Below, in pieces: positions 21,226 to 30,329 of a stretch of 64,000 nt of DNA. The stretch's first letter is position 1. Every line of letters starts with the position of its first letter. Under the pieces are notes generated by a model, which saw only the letters and a list, made by a program, of their open reading frames with translations, did not search any database and was not told the origin of the DNA. The translations under genes and the position numbers were made by a program. Source of the DNA: an uncultured Thermoplasmata archaeon (lineage in GTDB: Archaea > Thermoplasmatota > Thermoplasmata > UBA10834); NCBI GenBank assembly GCA_963719945.1, contig CAVRDX010000002.1:1-64000 (forward strand), read 5' to 3'.

Positions 21226-21495
21226 ATGAAAAGAGAAATAATGAGGGCGCTCGCAGAGCTGGAAGACGCCCTTATGGAAGTGGGAGTGTCAGAAATAGAC
21301 GCGGTGTCCTTGGTGGATGGATTCGAGGTCGCGGTCGAAGCCTGTCTGGAAGAGTTCGGAGATGATGATTCCGATCCGGATGGATGTGAAACCGATGCCG
21401 CAGATGGCAGCGACGATGATTCCGAGGACGACGTCGATGATAGCTCCGATGATGAGCGTGCCGAACCAAGGAAAGGTGGCTACAGGGTCGGGTGA
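21226..21495 (+). CDS. Small acidic hypothetical protein
   Basis: ATG after AGGAGA; Asp-rich tail. Confidence 0.5.
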   Translation: MKREIMRALAELEDALMEVGVSEIDAVSLVDGFEVAVEACLEEFGDDDSDPDGCETDAADGSDDDSEDDVDDSSDDERAEPRKGGYRVG

Positions 21496-21566
21496 GGCTC
21501 GGGTGGCGGGCCGGCTCCGGTCGGATTGTCTTTTTCGCCATCGAGCTCCCCCGATCGTCATTCCTC

Positions 21567-21584
21567 GACTACCACATGGTAGTC
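21567..21584. promoter_or_regulatory. Perfect inverted repeat GACTACCA-CA-TGGTAGTC upstream of the integrase
   Basis: 8-bp arms with a 2-nt spacer; related copies elsewhere in the element. Confidence 0.55.
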
Positions 21585-21650
21585 ATGCCAGCGAAGAGTT
21601 TACCCCCTCGAAGTGCATTACCCGCAACAAGGTGAGGATACTCCCACATA

Positions 21651-22748
21651 GTGGCAGACAACTCACTCCCAGGAGCGGCATCGGATGCAAACAACAAGAG
21701 CAACCGAACAAAGAACCGCTCGGAGCAAAAACCCCCGCGAAGAAAGAACAGAGGCCGTCCAAGGAGGGCGAGGTCTGTGGGAGGGAGGTATCCCTTCAAA
21801 CACAGCGCCCGCGTCTTCCTAGTGGCCATAAAGCCCTATTACGCGGCATCGACGCATAGGACCATCACGAGGGCCCTGAGGATCATTGGACGCGCGTTTG
21901 ATGAACTCAGGAGCGCAGGAAAGGTATCGACCACAAACCCGCGGAAGATGACCCAAGCCGATATCGAGGCATATCTTCAATGGATGAAGGACCGCGAAAC
22001 TCGAAACGGCGTTGGTCTGAGACCCGCAACCCAGGCAAATTACCTTGCCTACCTGGCAGAGCTGCTTCTCATGTTCGAGAATCCGGTCATGGACCGAATG
22101 AGAGCACTGCACTTCGTGAGGTTCCCACAGAAGGTCTCCCCTGAGATCAGGACTCTATCGGAGACCAAGGTGGAGGAGATACGGACCAATCTGGACGACA
22201 TGCCCGGTTGGGACGGCGAAGTCTCTCGCTTTATGACTGCGATGTACCCGTATTCAGGGCTTAGACGGTCTGAACTGCGCAGAGCCCGATTGCAGGATCT
22301 CGATATCTCCAGGTGGAATATACTCGTCGCCCACCCGAAGGGTGAGACGCGCTATGCCTCCGAAGGCACAGCGCCGATCCTGCAGCCAGCTAGACAGACG
22401 GTGCTAGACTTCCTCAAGGCAAGAGACGAGTACCTGAGGGAGAACGGTGTGGGCGAGTGCGAGCCTCTTGTGCCCAAGGTTTACACGGACGGCCGGGTAG
22501 ACTATTGGACCGACGGCATGTGGGGCGCGCTCAAGGACAGGGCGCAGAAGCACGCGGGGATACCCTTCCGGATACAATACCTGCGAGCGACCTTCGGACA
22601 GATGTGCAAGGATCGGGGAGCGTCGATCGAATCCGTATCGAAAGCGTTGAGGCATAAAACAACGAAAACGACCGAGCTTTACTACGCCCGGATACGGTCC
22701 GACGACGCCTTCCGAGAACTCGAAGAAGCGTTCGCCAAAAAACTGTAG
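21651..22748 (+). CDS. Tyrosine recombinase/integrase
   Basis: SGLRRSE (R), HPKG (K), YLRATFG, LRH, TELYYA (Y); N-terminal SAM-like domain. Confidence 0.92.
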   Translation: MADNSLPGAASDANNKSNRTKNRSEQKPPRRKNRGRPRRARSVGGRYPFKHSARVFLVAIKPYYAASTHRTITRALRIIGRAFDELRSAGKVSTTNPRKMTQADIEAYLQWMKDRETRNGVGLRPATQANYLAYLAELLLMFENPVMDRMRALHFVRFPQKVSPEIRTLSETKVEEIRTNLDDMPGWDGEVSRFMTAMYPYSGLRRSELRRARLQDLDISRWNILVAHPKGETRYASEGTAPILQPARQTVLDFLKARDEYLRENGVGECEPLVPKVYTDGRVDYWTDGMWGALKDRAQKHAGIPFRIQYLRATFGQMCKDRGASIESVSKALRHKTTKTTELYYARIRSDDAFRELEEAFAKKL

Positions 22749-22806
22749 CCAGGGGGGTAGCCAGCATACAAAAACCCTCTGATTGAAGATTGGCCAGTCA
22801 TCGCGT

Positions 22807-22827
22807 TTCAAATCCGGCTCCCTGCAC
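22807..22827 (+). repeat. Putative att site: duplicated tRNA (likely Leu) 3' end TTCAAATCCGGCTCCCTGCAC
   Basis: T-loop TTCAAAT, 3' T-stem CCGGC and acceptor strand TCCCTGC-A, about 60 nt after the integrase. No complete tRNA fold upstream. Confidence 0.6.
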
Positions 22828-22844
22828 ACTGGAGAATGCATTAA

Positions 22845-23669
22845 GTGAACGGAAGCGAATCAGCCGGAGAGATGACGACGATGAAGCATGGGCTCGCAGA
22901 GGTCAACGGGGCGCAGATTTACTACGAGATACGAGGTTCCGGACCGCCCCTTCTGCTGATCATGGGCCTTACAGGCGACGCAGGATGGTTCGAGCCGCTC
23001 GCGGAGCTCCTCGCCGAGCAGTTCACGGTCGTTACGTATGACCGCCGCGCGAACTCGCGAAGCCCGCGTCCAGAAGGTTGGACGTCGACTTCGATTGCGG
23101 AGCAGGCGGATGATGCGGCGGGGTTGCTGTCCACTTTGCGCCTAAGTCCGGCCATCATATTCGGCAACAGTTTCGGAGCGATGATCTTGCTCGAGCTCAT
23201 CGTTCGCCACCCGCGGTCAGTTCGGGGAGCGGTCGCGCACGAGCCGCCGCTTATGCCGCTTCTCTATCAGGCTCATGACCTGGCAGACTTCTGGAAAGCC
23301 AAGGTAGCGAAGGGAGGCCCCCTCAACGCACTGAGAGAGTTCACAGAGATGAAAAAGGACGAAACCATCAATGGCCTGGACCCGAGCATGATGCGACGCG
23401 CTTTCGACAACGGGGATGTCATTTTCTCTGTGGAGATGCCGGTGATCATCTCCTATAAGCCCAACGCAGAAGCGCTTAGGGTATCCAACGTTCCCATCTT
23501 CGTAGCGTCGGGCGAAGAGACCGCTATGCACTTGTTTTGCGCATCCAAATGGCTCGCGACACAACTGAATACCGATTTGCACATGCTTCCGAGCGGGCAC
23601 GTCGGCTATGTTGACCAACCTAGAGAATTCGCGACAGCACTTCTCTCCCTCGTTGAGAGATTACGCTGA
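22845..23669 (+). CDS. Alpha/beta hydrolase
   Basis: YYE.RGSGP, YDRR, GNSFG nucleophile elbow, HEPP, SGH. Confidence 0.88.
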   Translation: MNGSESAGEMTTMKHGLAEVNGAQIYYEIRGSGPPLLLIMGLTGDAGWFEPLAELLAEQFTVVTYDRRANSRSPRPEGWTSTSIAEQADDAAGLLSTLRLSPAIIFGNSFGAMILLELIVRHPRSVRGAVAHEPPLMPLLYQAHDLADFWKAKVAKGGPLNALREFTEMKKDETINGLDPSMMRRAFDNGDVIFSVEMPVIISYKPNAEALRVSNVPIFVASGEETAMHLFCASKWLATQLNTDLHMLPSGHVGYVDQPREFATALLSLVERLR

Positions 23670-23933
23670 CGCGCCCTCTCATCAGGGATTTCCCTCTCTA
23701 GAATAAGCTATGCATCCGGGTTCACGGCCATCTCATCGTGAGAAGATGAAATGGACAGGGAGAGGTCATTCTAGTGCTTGACGAGTGATTGTGCCTAAAG
23801 AGAATCCCTGAAGACATGCTACTGAATGGAAGCGCATGCTCATACTAGTACATTCTCGCTGCCTGGCTCTGAGATTGCCCCTGCATAGGAGGAATCGTGC
23901 CAGTGCATTTCTGAGATGAAGGTATAGTATAGT

Positions 23934-23964
23934 AGCCAAAGAATATAAGCCAAAGAATATAAGC
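23934..23964 (+). repeat. Tandem 14-bp repeat AGCCAAAGAATATA upstream of the PHA operon
   Basis: Two exact copies plus a partial third; each contains a TATA-like element. Confidence 0.6.
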
Positions 23965-24108
23965 AGCGGTGTCGTTTCATGTACCAGAACTCGCTAAAAT
24001 TTACCAAGTCGCGTTGTGAATCGCGGTTGGACCTTGGCAGCCATTTAAGTTGCTGGGGTTCGCACGGTTCTGAATAATCGTCTGGGGATTATTAGGAGGC
24101 ACACCAGT

Positions 24109-25233
24109 ATGGCTAAAAAGAGCGAAGGAGTTACGAACAGGAAGGAAGAACCGAGCAAATCGGCCCGAACGGGGCCGACAGAAGAGCGGAAGGATGCCTT
24201 CCGGATGTGGACCGAAAGCTATACCGCAATGTCGAAAGTCTGGCAGGAATCCTACGCGAATCTGAACAATCCCTGGTTCGAATCTGCAGGCAAGCTTCTT
24301 GACAAGGCTTCGGATCTCTCAAAGGAGACGTCGCCAGAGAAATACAGAGAGTTCTTCGAGGAACTGGTTAAGACACAGCAGGACACATTCGGCAAACTCT
24401 ATCCTATGCCGAAGGCGATGATAGACAAGAAAACACTGGAGAAACTCGTCACGAGCGCACAGGAATTCACGGATATGATGAAATCGTGGAGCGCCGAGTT
24501 CGAGAAGAACTCCAAGATGACTCAGAAGATACTCTTGGGTGGTGCAGGTCCAGAAGACTACAAGGACTCCTACGAAATGTGGATGAAGTCCTACGAGAAG
24601 ATGCTCGATGAGTTTCTCGAGATGATGACATCGAAGAATACGACGGATGTCTTCGAGGGGCACATGGGCATGCCGAACGTATATCTCACAAACCTTGCCG
24701 AGGCGGCAAGGATGTGGAGAGCATCCTACACGGACATGTACACCCCTTGGGTGGAGTCGACTCTCAAGCTCTCGGAGAAATTCTCCGAGCTGTCGAAGGG
24801 CGACGCGAGTCCGGAGAAGTACAGAGAGTTCTACGACCAGTGGATGAACACATACAAGGAGCCATTCGCCAAGATGTTCTCCGCTGATATGACGAAGCCT
24901 TCAAAGGAAATGGTCGAGAACATGCTCCGGGGAATGAACAACAGTACGGAAATGTACAACTCCTGGCTGAAGGCGCTGGAGAAGATGACAGAGAAGATGA
25001 GGGCCCTACTCACGAATGCGACTGAGGCGGGATCTTACAAAGAATTCTACGGGCTATGGTTCGATACATATGAAAAGGCATTCAAAGACTTCTTTGAGTT
25101 CATGCCCGTGGTCGAGCCCATGAAGACTCTGCTGGATCCGCTTAAGAAGGCAGCACGGGTTCAGGCGGATACCTACGCGAATGCAGCGAAGATGTGGATG
25201 GACGCAACGTTCGGTCAGAAGAGAGAGTTGTGA
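24109..25233 (+). CDS. PhaE-like repeat protein (PHA granule-associated candidate)
   Basis: Four Y(R/K)(E/D)xYxxWxx(T/S)Y-type repeats resembling PhaE; first gene of the pha operon. Confidence 0.65.
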   Translation: MAKKSEGVTNRKEEPSKSARTGPTEERKDAFRMWTESYTAMSKVWQESYANLNNPWFESAGKLLDKASDLSKETSPEKYREFFEELVKTQQDTFGKLYPMPKAMIDKKTLEKLVTSAQEFTDMMKSWSAEFEKNSKMTQKILLGGAGPEDYKDSYEMWMKSYEKMLDEFLEMMTSKNTTDVFEGHMGMPNVYLTNLAEAARMWRASYTDMYTPWVESTLKLSEKFSELSKGDASPEKYREFYDQWMNTYKEPFAKMFSADMTKPSKEMVENMLRGMNNSTEMYNSWLKALEKMTEKMRALLTNATEAGSYKEFYGLWFDTYEKAFKDFFEFMPVVEPMKTLLDPLKKAARVQADTYANAAKMWMDATFGQKREL

Positions 25234-25235
25234 TC

Positions 25236-25787
25236 ATGGAAGATACAGATCTCCAGGCATCTCATGACTTCTTCGAGCTCTGGCGGAAGGCCTATGAGGC
25301 TACCTACGGCAGAATCATAGACATGCCCGCCATGGGCCCGTCTCGCGAGGGCGTGGATAGGCTGAGAGAGAACTTCGAAGCCACGGTCAATCTGCATGCT
25401 GCATGGGCGCAGTCCCTCGCGAGTTTTCAGAGCGCCTTCATGGAAGCCACGAGGAAGACCCAGGAGAAGGTGGAGAAGCAGGTCGCAGATGAAGGCATCT
25501 CGCATTCATCCTACAAGAGCTACTACGATCTCTGGATGAAGACATACAGTGAGACATTCAAGGAGTTTCTGAAATCGCGCTTTTTTGCCACGGACCTGGC
25601 AAAACTGACATCCAATTCGATGGATTTTCAGAAGTCTTCAAGAAAACTCGTTGAGGAGAATATCCTCAGACCCGCCAACCTTCCCACGCGGACAGAGATC
25701 GATGAACTCAGCAAAGAGGTCTATCTGCTCAAGAAGCAAGTGAAAGAGTTGGCTCGAGATCTGAGGAGAAGCGCAGAGAAGAAGTGA
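25236..25787 (+). CDS. phaE: Class III PHA synthase subunit PhaE
   Basis: YYDLWMKTYSETF..FL.S..F, NLPTRTEIDEL.K..Y.LKK coiled tail; directly before phaC. Confidence 0.85.
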   Translation: MEDTDLQASHDFFELWRKAYEATYGRIIDMPAMGPSREGVDRLRENFEATVNLHAAWAQSLASFQSAFMEATRKTQEKVEKQVADEGISHSSYKSYYDLWMKTYSETFKEFLKSRFFATDLAKLTSNSMDFQKSSRKLVEENILRPANLPTRTEIDELSKEVYLLKKQVKELARDLRRSAEKK

Positions 25788-25816
25788 TTGGCGCTCCCTA
25801 AATATCGTTTCGGAGA

Positions 25817-26944
25817 GTGGAAACTATGGAAGTCGCGGACGTGATAGAAAACAACAGGAAGGCCATGAGGATGCTCGAAGTATTCCTCAAGGTACCGGAG
25901 TTCTCTGTCGGGACTACCCCTTCAGAGGTCGTTTACACGGAGGACGATATGAGGCTGCTTCACTACATCCCATTAGTGGAGAAGCCATATCCAGTACCCG
26001 TGCTCATCGTCTATGCTCTCGTAAACAGATACTACATACTTGATCTCCAACCCGACAAGAGTGTCGTTAGGAAACTGCTCGAAGACGGGCTCGATGTCTA
26101 CATCATTGATTGGGGGTATCCATCAGGAGTAGACAGATATCTCACCATTGATGACTATGTGAACGGGTATCTTGACAACGCCGTCGAGAAGGTAAAGGAG
26201 TTGTCCGGAGCCGAGAGAATATCCCTGTTCGGCGTTTGCCAGGGCGGTACTTTCTCGGTGATGTATTCAGCCCTGCACCCGGAAAAGGTCCGAAACCTTG
26301 CAACAATGGTGACCCCCGTCGACTTCGATACCGACGACGGGCTTCTTCACGTCTGGGCAAAGAGCCTAGATGTCGACAAAATAGTAGACGCTTACGGCAT
26401 CGTGCCTGGGAATATACTCAACACGGGTTTCCTGCTCACGGATCCCTTCAGAGTTCTGATAGACAAGTACGTCGGATTGTTTGAGAAGATCGAGAGCAAC
26501 AGTGATGACGAAAAGGGCGAGCGAGAGAATGTGAAGACCGTGAATGACTTCTTGCGGATGGAAAAATGGATCTTTGACAGTCCTGACCAGGCTGGAGAAA
26601 TGTATCGACAGTTCATCAAGGACTGCTATCAGAAGAACCTGCTGATAAAGAACGAAATGATGCTGAATGGCAAGAGAATCGACCTCAAGAATATCACAAT
26701 GCCTCTGCTGAACGTGATGGGGGAGTACGATCACCTAGTCCCCCTCGCTGCCAGCAAGCCACTCAACGACGCAGTTGCGAGCACGGACAAGGAAGTAATG
26801 GTTTTTCCTACGGGCCATATTGGTATGTTCGTCAGCGGCAAGTCACAAAAGGAGATTTGCCCGAAGATCTCGTCCTGGTTGAGGATGCGATCAGGGGAAG
26901 ACATTCGGAAACATCTTGAGCAGCTGAAGCAACAAAGAAAATGA
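25817..26944 (+). CDS. phaC: Class III poly(R)-hydroxyalkanoate synthase subunit PhaC
   Basis: GTTPSEVV, YALVNRYYILDLQPDKS, IDWGYP, GVCQGG lipase box, MEKWIFDSPD, DHLVP, GHIG. Confidence 0.95.
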   Translation: METMEVADVIENNRKAMRMLEVFLKVPEFSVGTTPSEVVYTEDDMRLLHYIPLVEKPYPVPVLIVYALVNRYYILDLQPDKSVVRKLLEDGLDVYIIDWGYPSGVDRYLTIDDYVNGYLDNAVEKVKELSGAERISLFGVCQGGTFSVMYSALHPEKVRNLATMVTPVDFDTDDGLLHVWAKSLDVDKIVDAYGIVPGNILNTGFLLTDPFRVLIDKYVGLFEKIESNSDDEKGERENVKTVNDFLRMEKWIFDSPDQAGEMYRQFIKDCYQKNLLIKNEMMLNGKRIDLKNITMPLLNVMGEYDHLVPLAASKPLNDAVASTDKEVMVFPTGHIGMFVSGKSQKEICPKISSWLRMRSGEDIRKHLEQLKQQRK

Positions 26945-27729
26945 TGATCGAGTGCAGAGTGAAGGAGGAATTTCAGATGAGATTAGAGAACAAGGTTGCA
27001 GTAATCACTGGTGGCGGAAGTGGAATCGGAAAGGAGACTGTGAAACTATTCTTGCATGAGGGGGCAAAGGTGGCTGTCTTCGACGTCTTCACCGGAGATG
27101 CCGAGAAGGCCTGTCGTGACATGGGGCTTGCCAAAGACACGGAAATCAAGAACACTCTTTGCGCCATGGCAGATGTATCCAAAAGAGAGGACGTGAGGAG
27201 CGCAGTAGATGCAACGCTTCAAAGATTCGGGAAGATCGACATCCTGATCAACAACGCAGGCATAGCCAGGGACGCATTGGTGCAGAAGATGACGGAAGAG
27301 CAATGGAACAGAGTGATTCAGGTTGATCTCACGGGCTCGTTCAATTGCATCCAAGCAGTCGTTGATCAGATGCTGCAGAGAGGAAGCGGTTCGATTGTCA
27401 ATGTGTCCTCTGTCTCGGGCGTCTACGGCAATATAGGTCAGGTCAACTATTCGGCCGCCAAAGCGGGCTTGATCGGAATCACCAAAACCTTGTCCAAGGA
27501 GCTGGGAAGGAAGGGGATCAGAGTCAATGCTGTCGTTCCCGGATTCATAAAGACCCCGATGACTGCATCCGTTCCTCAGAAGATCCTCGACATGATGAGG
27601 GAAAAGACTCCTCTGAAAATGCTAGGCGACCCGCTAGATGTTGCCTATGCAAACCTGTATCTAGCGTCGGACGAAGCGAGGTACGTGAACGGGTGCGTAT
27701 TGTCAGTCGATGGTGGACTAGTAGTCTAA
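26941..27729 (+). CDS. phaB: Acetoacetyl-CoA/3-oxoacyl-ACP reductase (PhaB/FabG-type SDR)
   Basis: TGGGSGIG, NNAGI, YSAAK, PGFIKT; located in the pha operon. Confidence 0.75.
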   Translation: MMIECRVKEEFQMRLENKVAVITGGGSGIGKETVKLFLHEGAKVAVFDVFTGDAEKACRDMGLAKDTEIKNTLCAMADVSKREDVRSAVDATLQRFGKIDILINNAGIARDALVQKMTEEQWNRVIQVDLTGSFNCIQAVVDQMLQRGSGSIVNVSSVSGVYGNIGQVNYSAAKAGLIGITKTLSKELGRKGIRVNAVVPGFIKTPMTASVPQKILDMMREKTPLKMLGDPLDVAYANLYLASDEARYVNGCVLSVDGGLVV

Positions 27730-27757
27730 GCTCATGCGAGGACAAGAGGTTAGAGGC

Positions 27758-28609
27758 ATGAAAAGAACAGCGACTCTAGATGGAAAAACCGCTCTGGTCA
27801 CAGGCGGCTCCAGAGGCATCGGTCAGGCGATCGCAATCAAGCTCGCAGGGGAGGGAGCGGATGTCGCTGTGAACTATCAGAGCGGCAAGGATCAGGCTGC
27901 GGATGTTATCGACTTCATAAATAAGACGGATAGAATAGACAATCTTGACGAACTGATCAAGATGATTGACATCATGGACACTGTTGAACAGGCAAAAGAA
28001 GTCAGAGAAATGATAGAGTCGATGGGGAGACATGCCATCATATGCCAGGCCAACGTTGGAAGAATGGACGAAGTGAACAAGATGCGAGACAATGTGGTTG
28101 CTGAGTTCGGCAAGATCGATATCTTGATCAACAACGCTGGAATAGTCAAAGACAAGTCGTTCGTGAATATGACGTCCGATATGTGGGACGATGTAATCTC
28201 CGTCAACCTCACTGGAACTTTCAATTGCACCAAAGCTGTCATTGATGGAATGCTTGAACGGAATTACGGTCGGGTAGTGAACATATCTTCTGTGATTGGC
28301 CGGATGGGGAACCGAGGCCAGGCTAACTACGCAGCCTCAAAGGCGGGGATAATAGGATTGACTCAGACACTAGCAAAGGAATTCGCGGACAAAGGCGTCA
28401 CCGTAAATGCCGTCGCCCCGGGATTCATAGGGACCGATATGCTGAAGTCTGTTCCAACCAAGACCATGGAGAAGGTACTGGCACAGATACCCATGGGCAG
28501 GCTGGGGAAACCTGAAGAAGTCGCATCTGCGGTTTCATATCTGGTGTCTCCAGAGGCAGGCTATATCACCGGGCAGGTAATTGACATCAACGGCGGACTC
28601 TACATCTGA
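27758..28609 (+). CDS. phaB: Second acetoacetyl-CoA reductase (PhaB/FabG-type SDR) with an insertion
   Basis: TGGSRGIG, NNAGI, GQANYAASK, PGFIGT; about 35 aa helical insertion. Confidence 0.75.
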   Translation: MKRTATLDGKTALVTGGSRGIGQAIAIKLAGEGADVAVNYQSGKDQAADVIDFINKTDRIDNLDELIKMIDIMDTVEQAKEVREMIESMGRHAIICQANVGRMDEVNKMRDNVVAEFGKIDILINNAGIVKDKSFVNMTSDMWDDVISVNLTGTFNCTKAVIDGMLERNYGRVVNISSVIGRMGNRGQANYAASKAGIIGLTQTLAKEFADKGVTVNAVAPGFIGTDMLKSVPTKTMEKVLAQIPMGRLGKPEEVASAVSYLVSPEAGYITGQVIDINGGLYI

Positions 28610-28793
28610 ACAATGACTCATTTCTCGCAAACGGTCCGCGAAGCCATCCTCTCTAAAAGACATTACCCGCTGGTCCTACACGCTTGTAGGTCGCGCTGAG
28701 TGGTGCCCCTCATTTAGTTGCCTGATCAGGTATGGGAAGTACTGGGATGACATACCACCTGAGGAGCGGACAAGGAAGGCTTCCCGAAGGAAG

Positions 28794-29054
28794 ATGATTA
28801 TAGAGTCGAAGGTCGACATCGACTACGATCAGCTCCGTCAGGGACGACGGGAGCTATCCATATCCGAAAGGCAGATAGAAGGATGCAGAAAGACAACCGG
28901 AATGCCCTTCGGTGGCGCAGCGGGATTCAAATGGAGGAATGTGTCCGTACCCCCGGCAAGGAACCGAGAAGCGTGGATATTGCTCTGGCTTGTTGGCGGA
29001 CCCTTCCTTGCGATTAGGGTGTTTCTAGTTGTCTACTTACTCTTCGTCGACTAA
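28794..29054 (+). CDS. Small membrane protein or gene fragment, paralogous to 40200-40511
   Basis: Shared R(K/R)ASRRKMIIESKVDIDY and a C-terminal TM helix. Confidence 0.45.
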   Translation: MIIESKVDIDYDQLRQGRRELSISERQIEGCRKTTGMPFGGAAGFKWRNVSVPPARNREAWILLWLVGGPFLAIRVFLVVYLLFVD

Positions 29055-29413
29055 GCCCGTCGTGTAGAGCAAAATGGGAGGCAAGAAAGGGCTTGGAAGG
29101 AGCCTATCTCGGCATCAATTCTCAACTATAGAAATGAGGCGTCCGTCCGGGTTTGCAAGTCGCACAAAACTGAACCTCGCGTTCCACGAAGAAAGGTGAT
29201 GAAATGCTGATTCGAACAGAATGGCCCACTTGAATTTCAGTCCGGAATTAGTTCCCAATCAAATTTCCCAGCCGTCATCATCCATATGGATTCTCGATTA
29301 TTATCCAAGGGGGCTTCAGATTCAACTTGCTCAGTAATGCAACAAACTCCGCACGTCCGAATCTTACGAAACTAGTGTGACTTCTGCCTGCAACAAGAAC
29401 ATCTAGCTAGGGC

Positions 29414-29848
29414 TCATCTAGTCTTGAATACGCGAGATAGTTCGTGAGCGAGACCTTCGGAGGGCGTCGTGGTATCAACGAGCTTCCTCAGGATGTATGC
29501 CTTGTCCTCTCTCTTCAGAACATCCCAATGCTCAGCGATCTCCTTGACCAGAGATGTGGATACTGATCTGATCTCAGAATCGAGAAGACGACCTCTCGAC
29601 AGCAGCAGAAGCAACAGCTCGCCCTGTTCCCGGGTCAGCATGCCACTCGCCACGCTTCTTCTGACGCTCTCCTCGGGAGTCCGTATCACAGACACAAACC
29701 CGTTGGGATCCTCCGAGTTCCTTTCCACGCGTCTCTTCTTTGCAGTTCCGACCTGAGAGCATTTGGGACAGGTTTCGGCGTCGGGAGGAATAGGAAAACC
29801 GCAACTGGCGCAACATTTCTCTGTGGTCCCCTTTGCCTTCTCATCCAT
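29414..29848 (-). CDS. Zinc-ribbon protein
   Basis: CASCG...CPKC at the N-terminus; AGGA upstream. Confidence 0.6.
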   Translation of the reverse strand: MDEKAKGTTEKCCASCGFPIPPDAETCPKCSQVGTAKKRRVERNSEDPNGFVSVIRTPEESVRRSVASGMLTREQGELLLLLLSRGRLLDSEIRSVSTSLVKEIAEHWDVLKREDKAYILRKLVDTTTPSEGLAHELSRVFKTR

Positions 29849-29978
29849 CCTATCCTGACTCCTTCAGAATCGATGTTTATGCCCAAATACGGATTGCGCC
29901 AGTGCAGTTGGTGTACTACGTACGGGATACAAATATCTTGCGGAATGAAAATGACAGGGAAAATTAGAAAACCCCCTC

Positions 29979-30329
29979 ATGCTAATTAGCCATCCAGTTG
30001 CACCCCAGACCCCGATGAAGTCATTATCAGTATTGAGATTTGCAGAGAGGTGTGAAGACCTGCCCAAGAAAAAGAAGAGCGGTTCAGACAGGGACGACCG
30101 TATCACGATCAAGATCGAGAAGGAAATGTGGAAGGTCATCAATAAACAGATCAAGGCTCATCCCGAATGGGGCGTCAGATCCGTTTCCGAATTCATAAGA
30201 CGCGCAATATCACACGAGCTTGACGCGAAGACTAGCGTCACCGAGCGCAAGGTGCTCGAGATACAGCTGCGGCCTAGGCTTGCTCAAGAGGACAACCGTG
30301 GCAGAGATCCCGGAAGACGCCTTGAATGA
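29979..30329 (+). CDS. Ribbon-helix-helix regulator (true start probably about 30060)
   Basis: ITIKIEKEMW...WG..SVSEFIRRAI. Confidence 0.65.
   Translation: MLISHPVAPQTPMKSLSVLRFAERCEDLPKKKKSGSDRDDRITIKIEKEMWKVINKQIKAHPEWGVRSVSEFIRRAISHELDAKTSVTERKVLEIQLRPRLAQEDNRGRDPGRRLE

Larger units (their letters stand above)
1..22827. mobile_element. Integrated element / defence island (right-hand part; left end lies before the window)
   Basis: Tyrosine integrase at 21651-22748 followed by a tRNA 3'-end-like att sequence. Cargo is R-M, OLD, macro/ART, RHH and DUF4314 genes. Metabolic genes resume after 22.8 kb. Confidence 0.7.

Noticed and set aside
22746-22800. Pyrrolysine read-through of the integrase (two in-frame TAGs, then PAYKNPLIED)
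   Set aside because: Many genes here end in TAG, no pyl genes are visible, the MttB is non-Pyl, and the integrase catalytic domain is already complete.
22748-22827. Complete tRNA gene (GGGGGTAGCC resembles a tRNA 5' end)
   Set aside because: No D arm, anticodon arm or 5' T-stem can be folded; only the 3' 20 nt fit.
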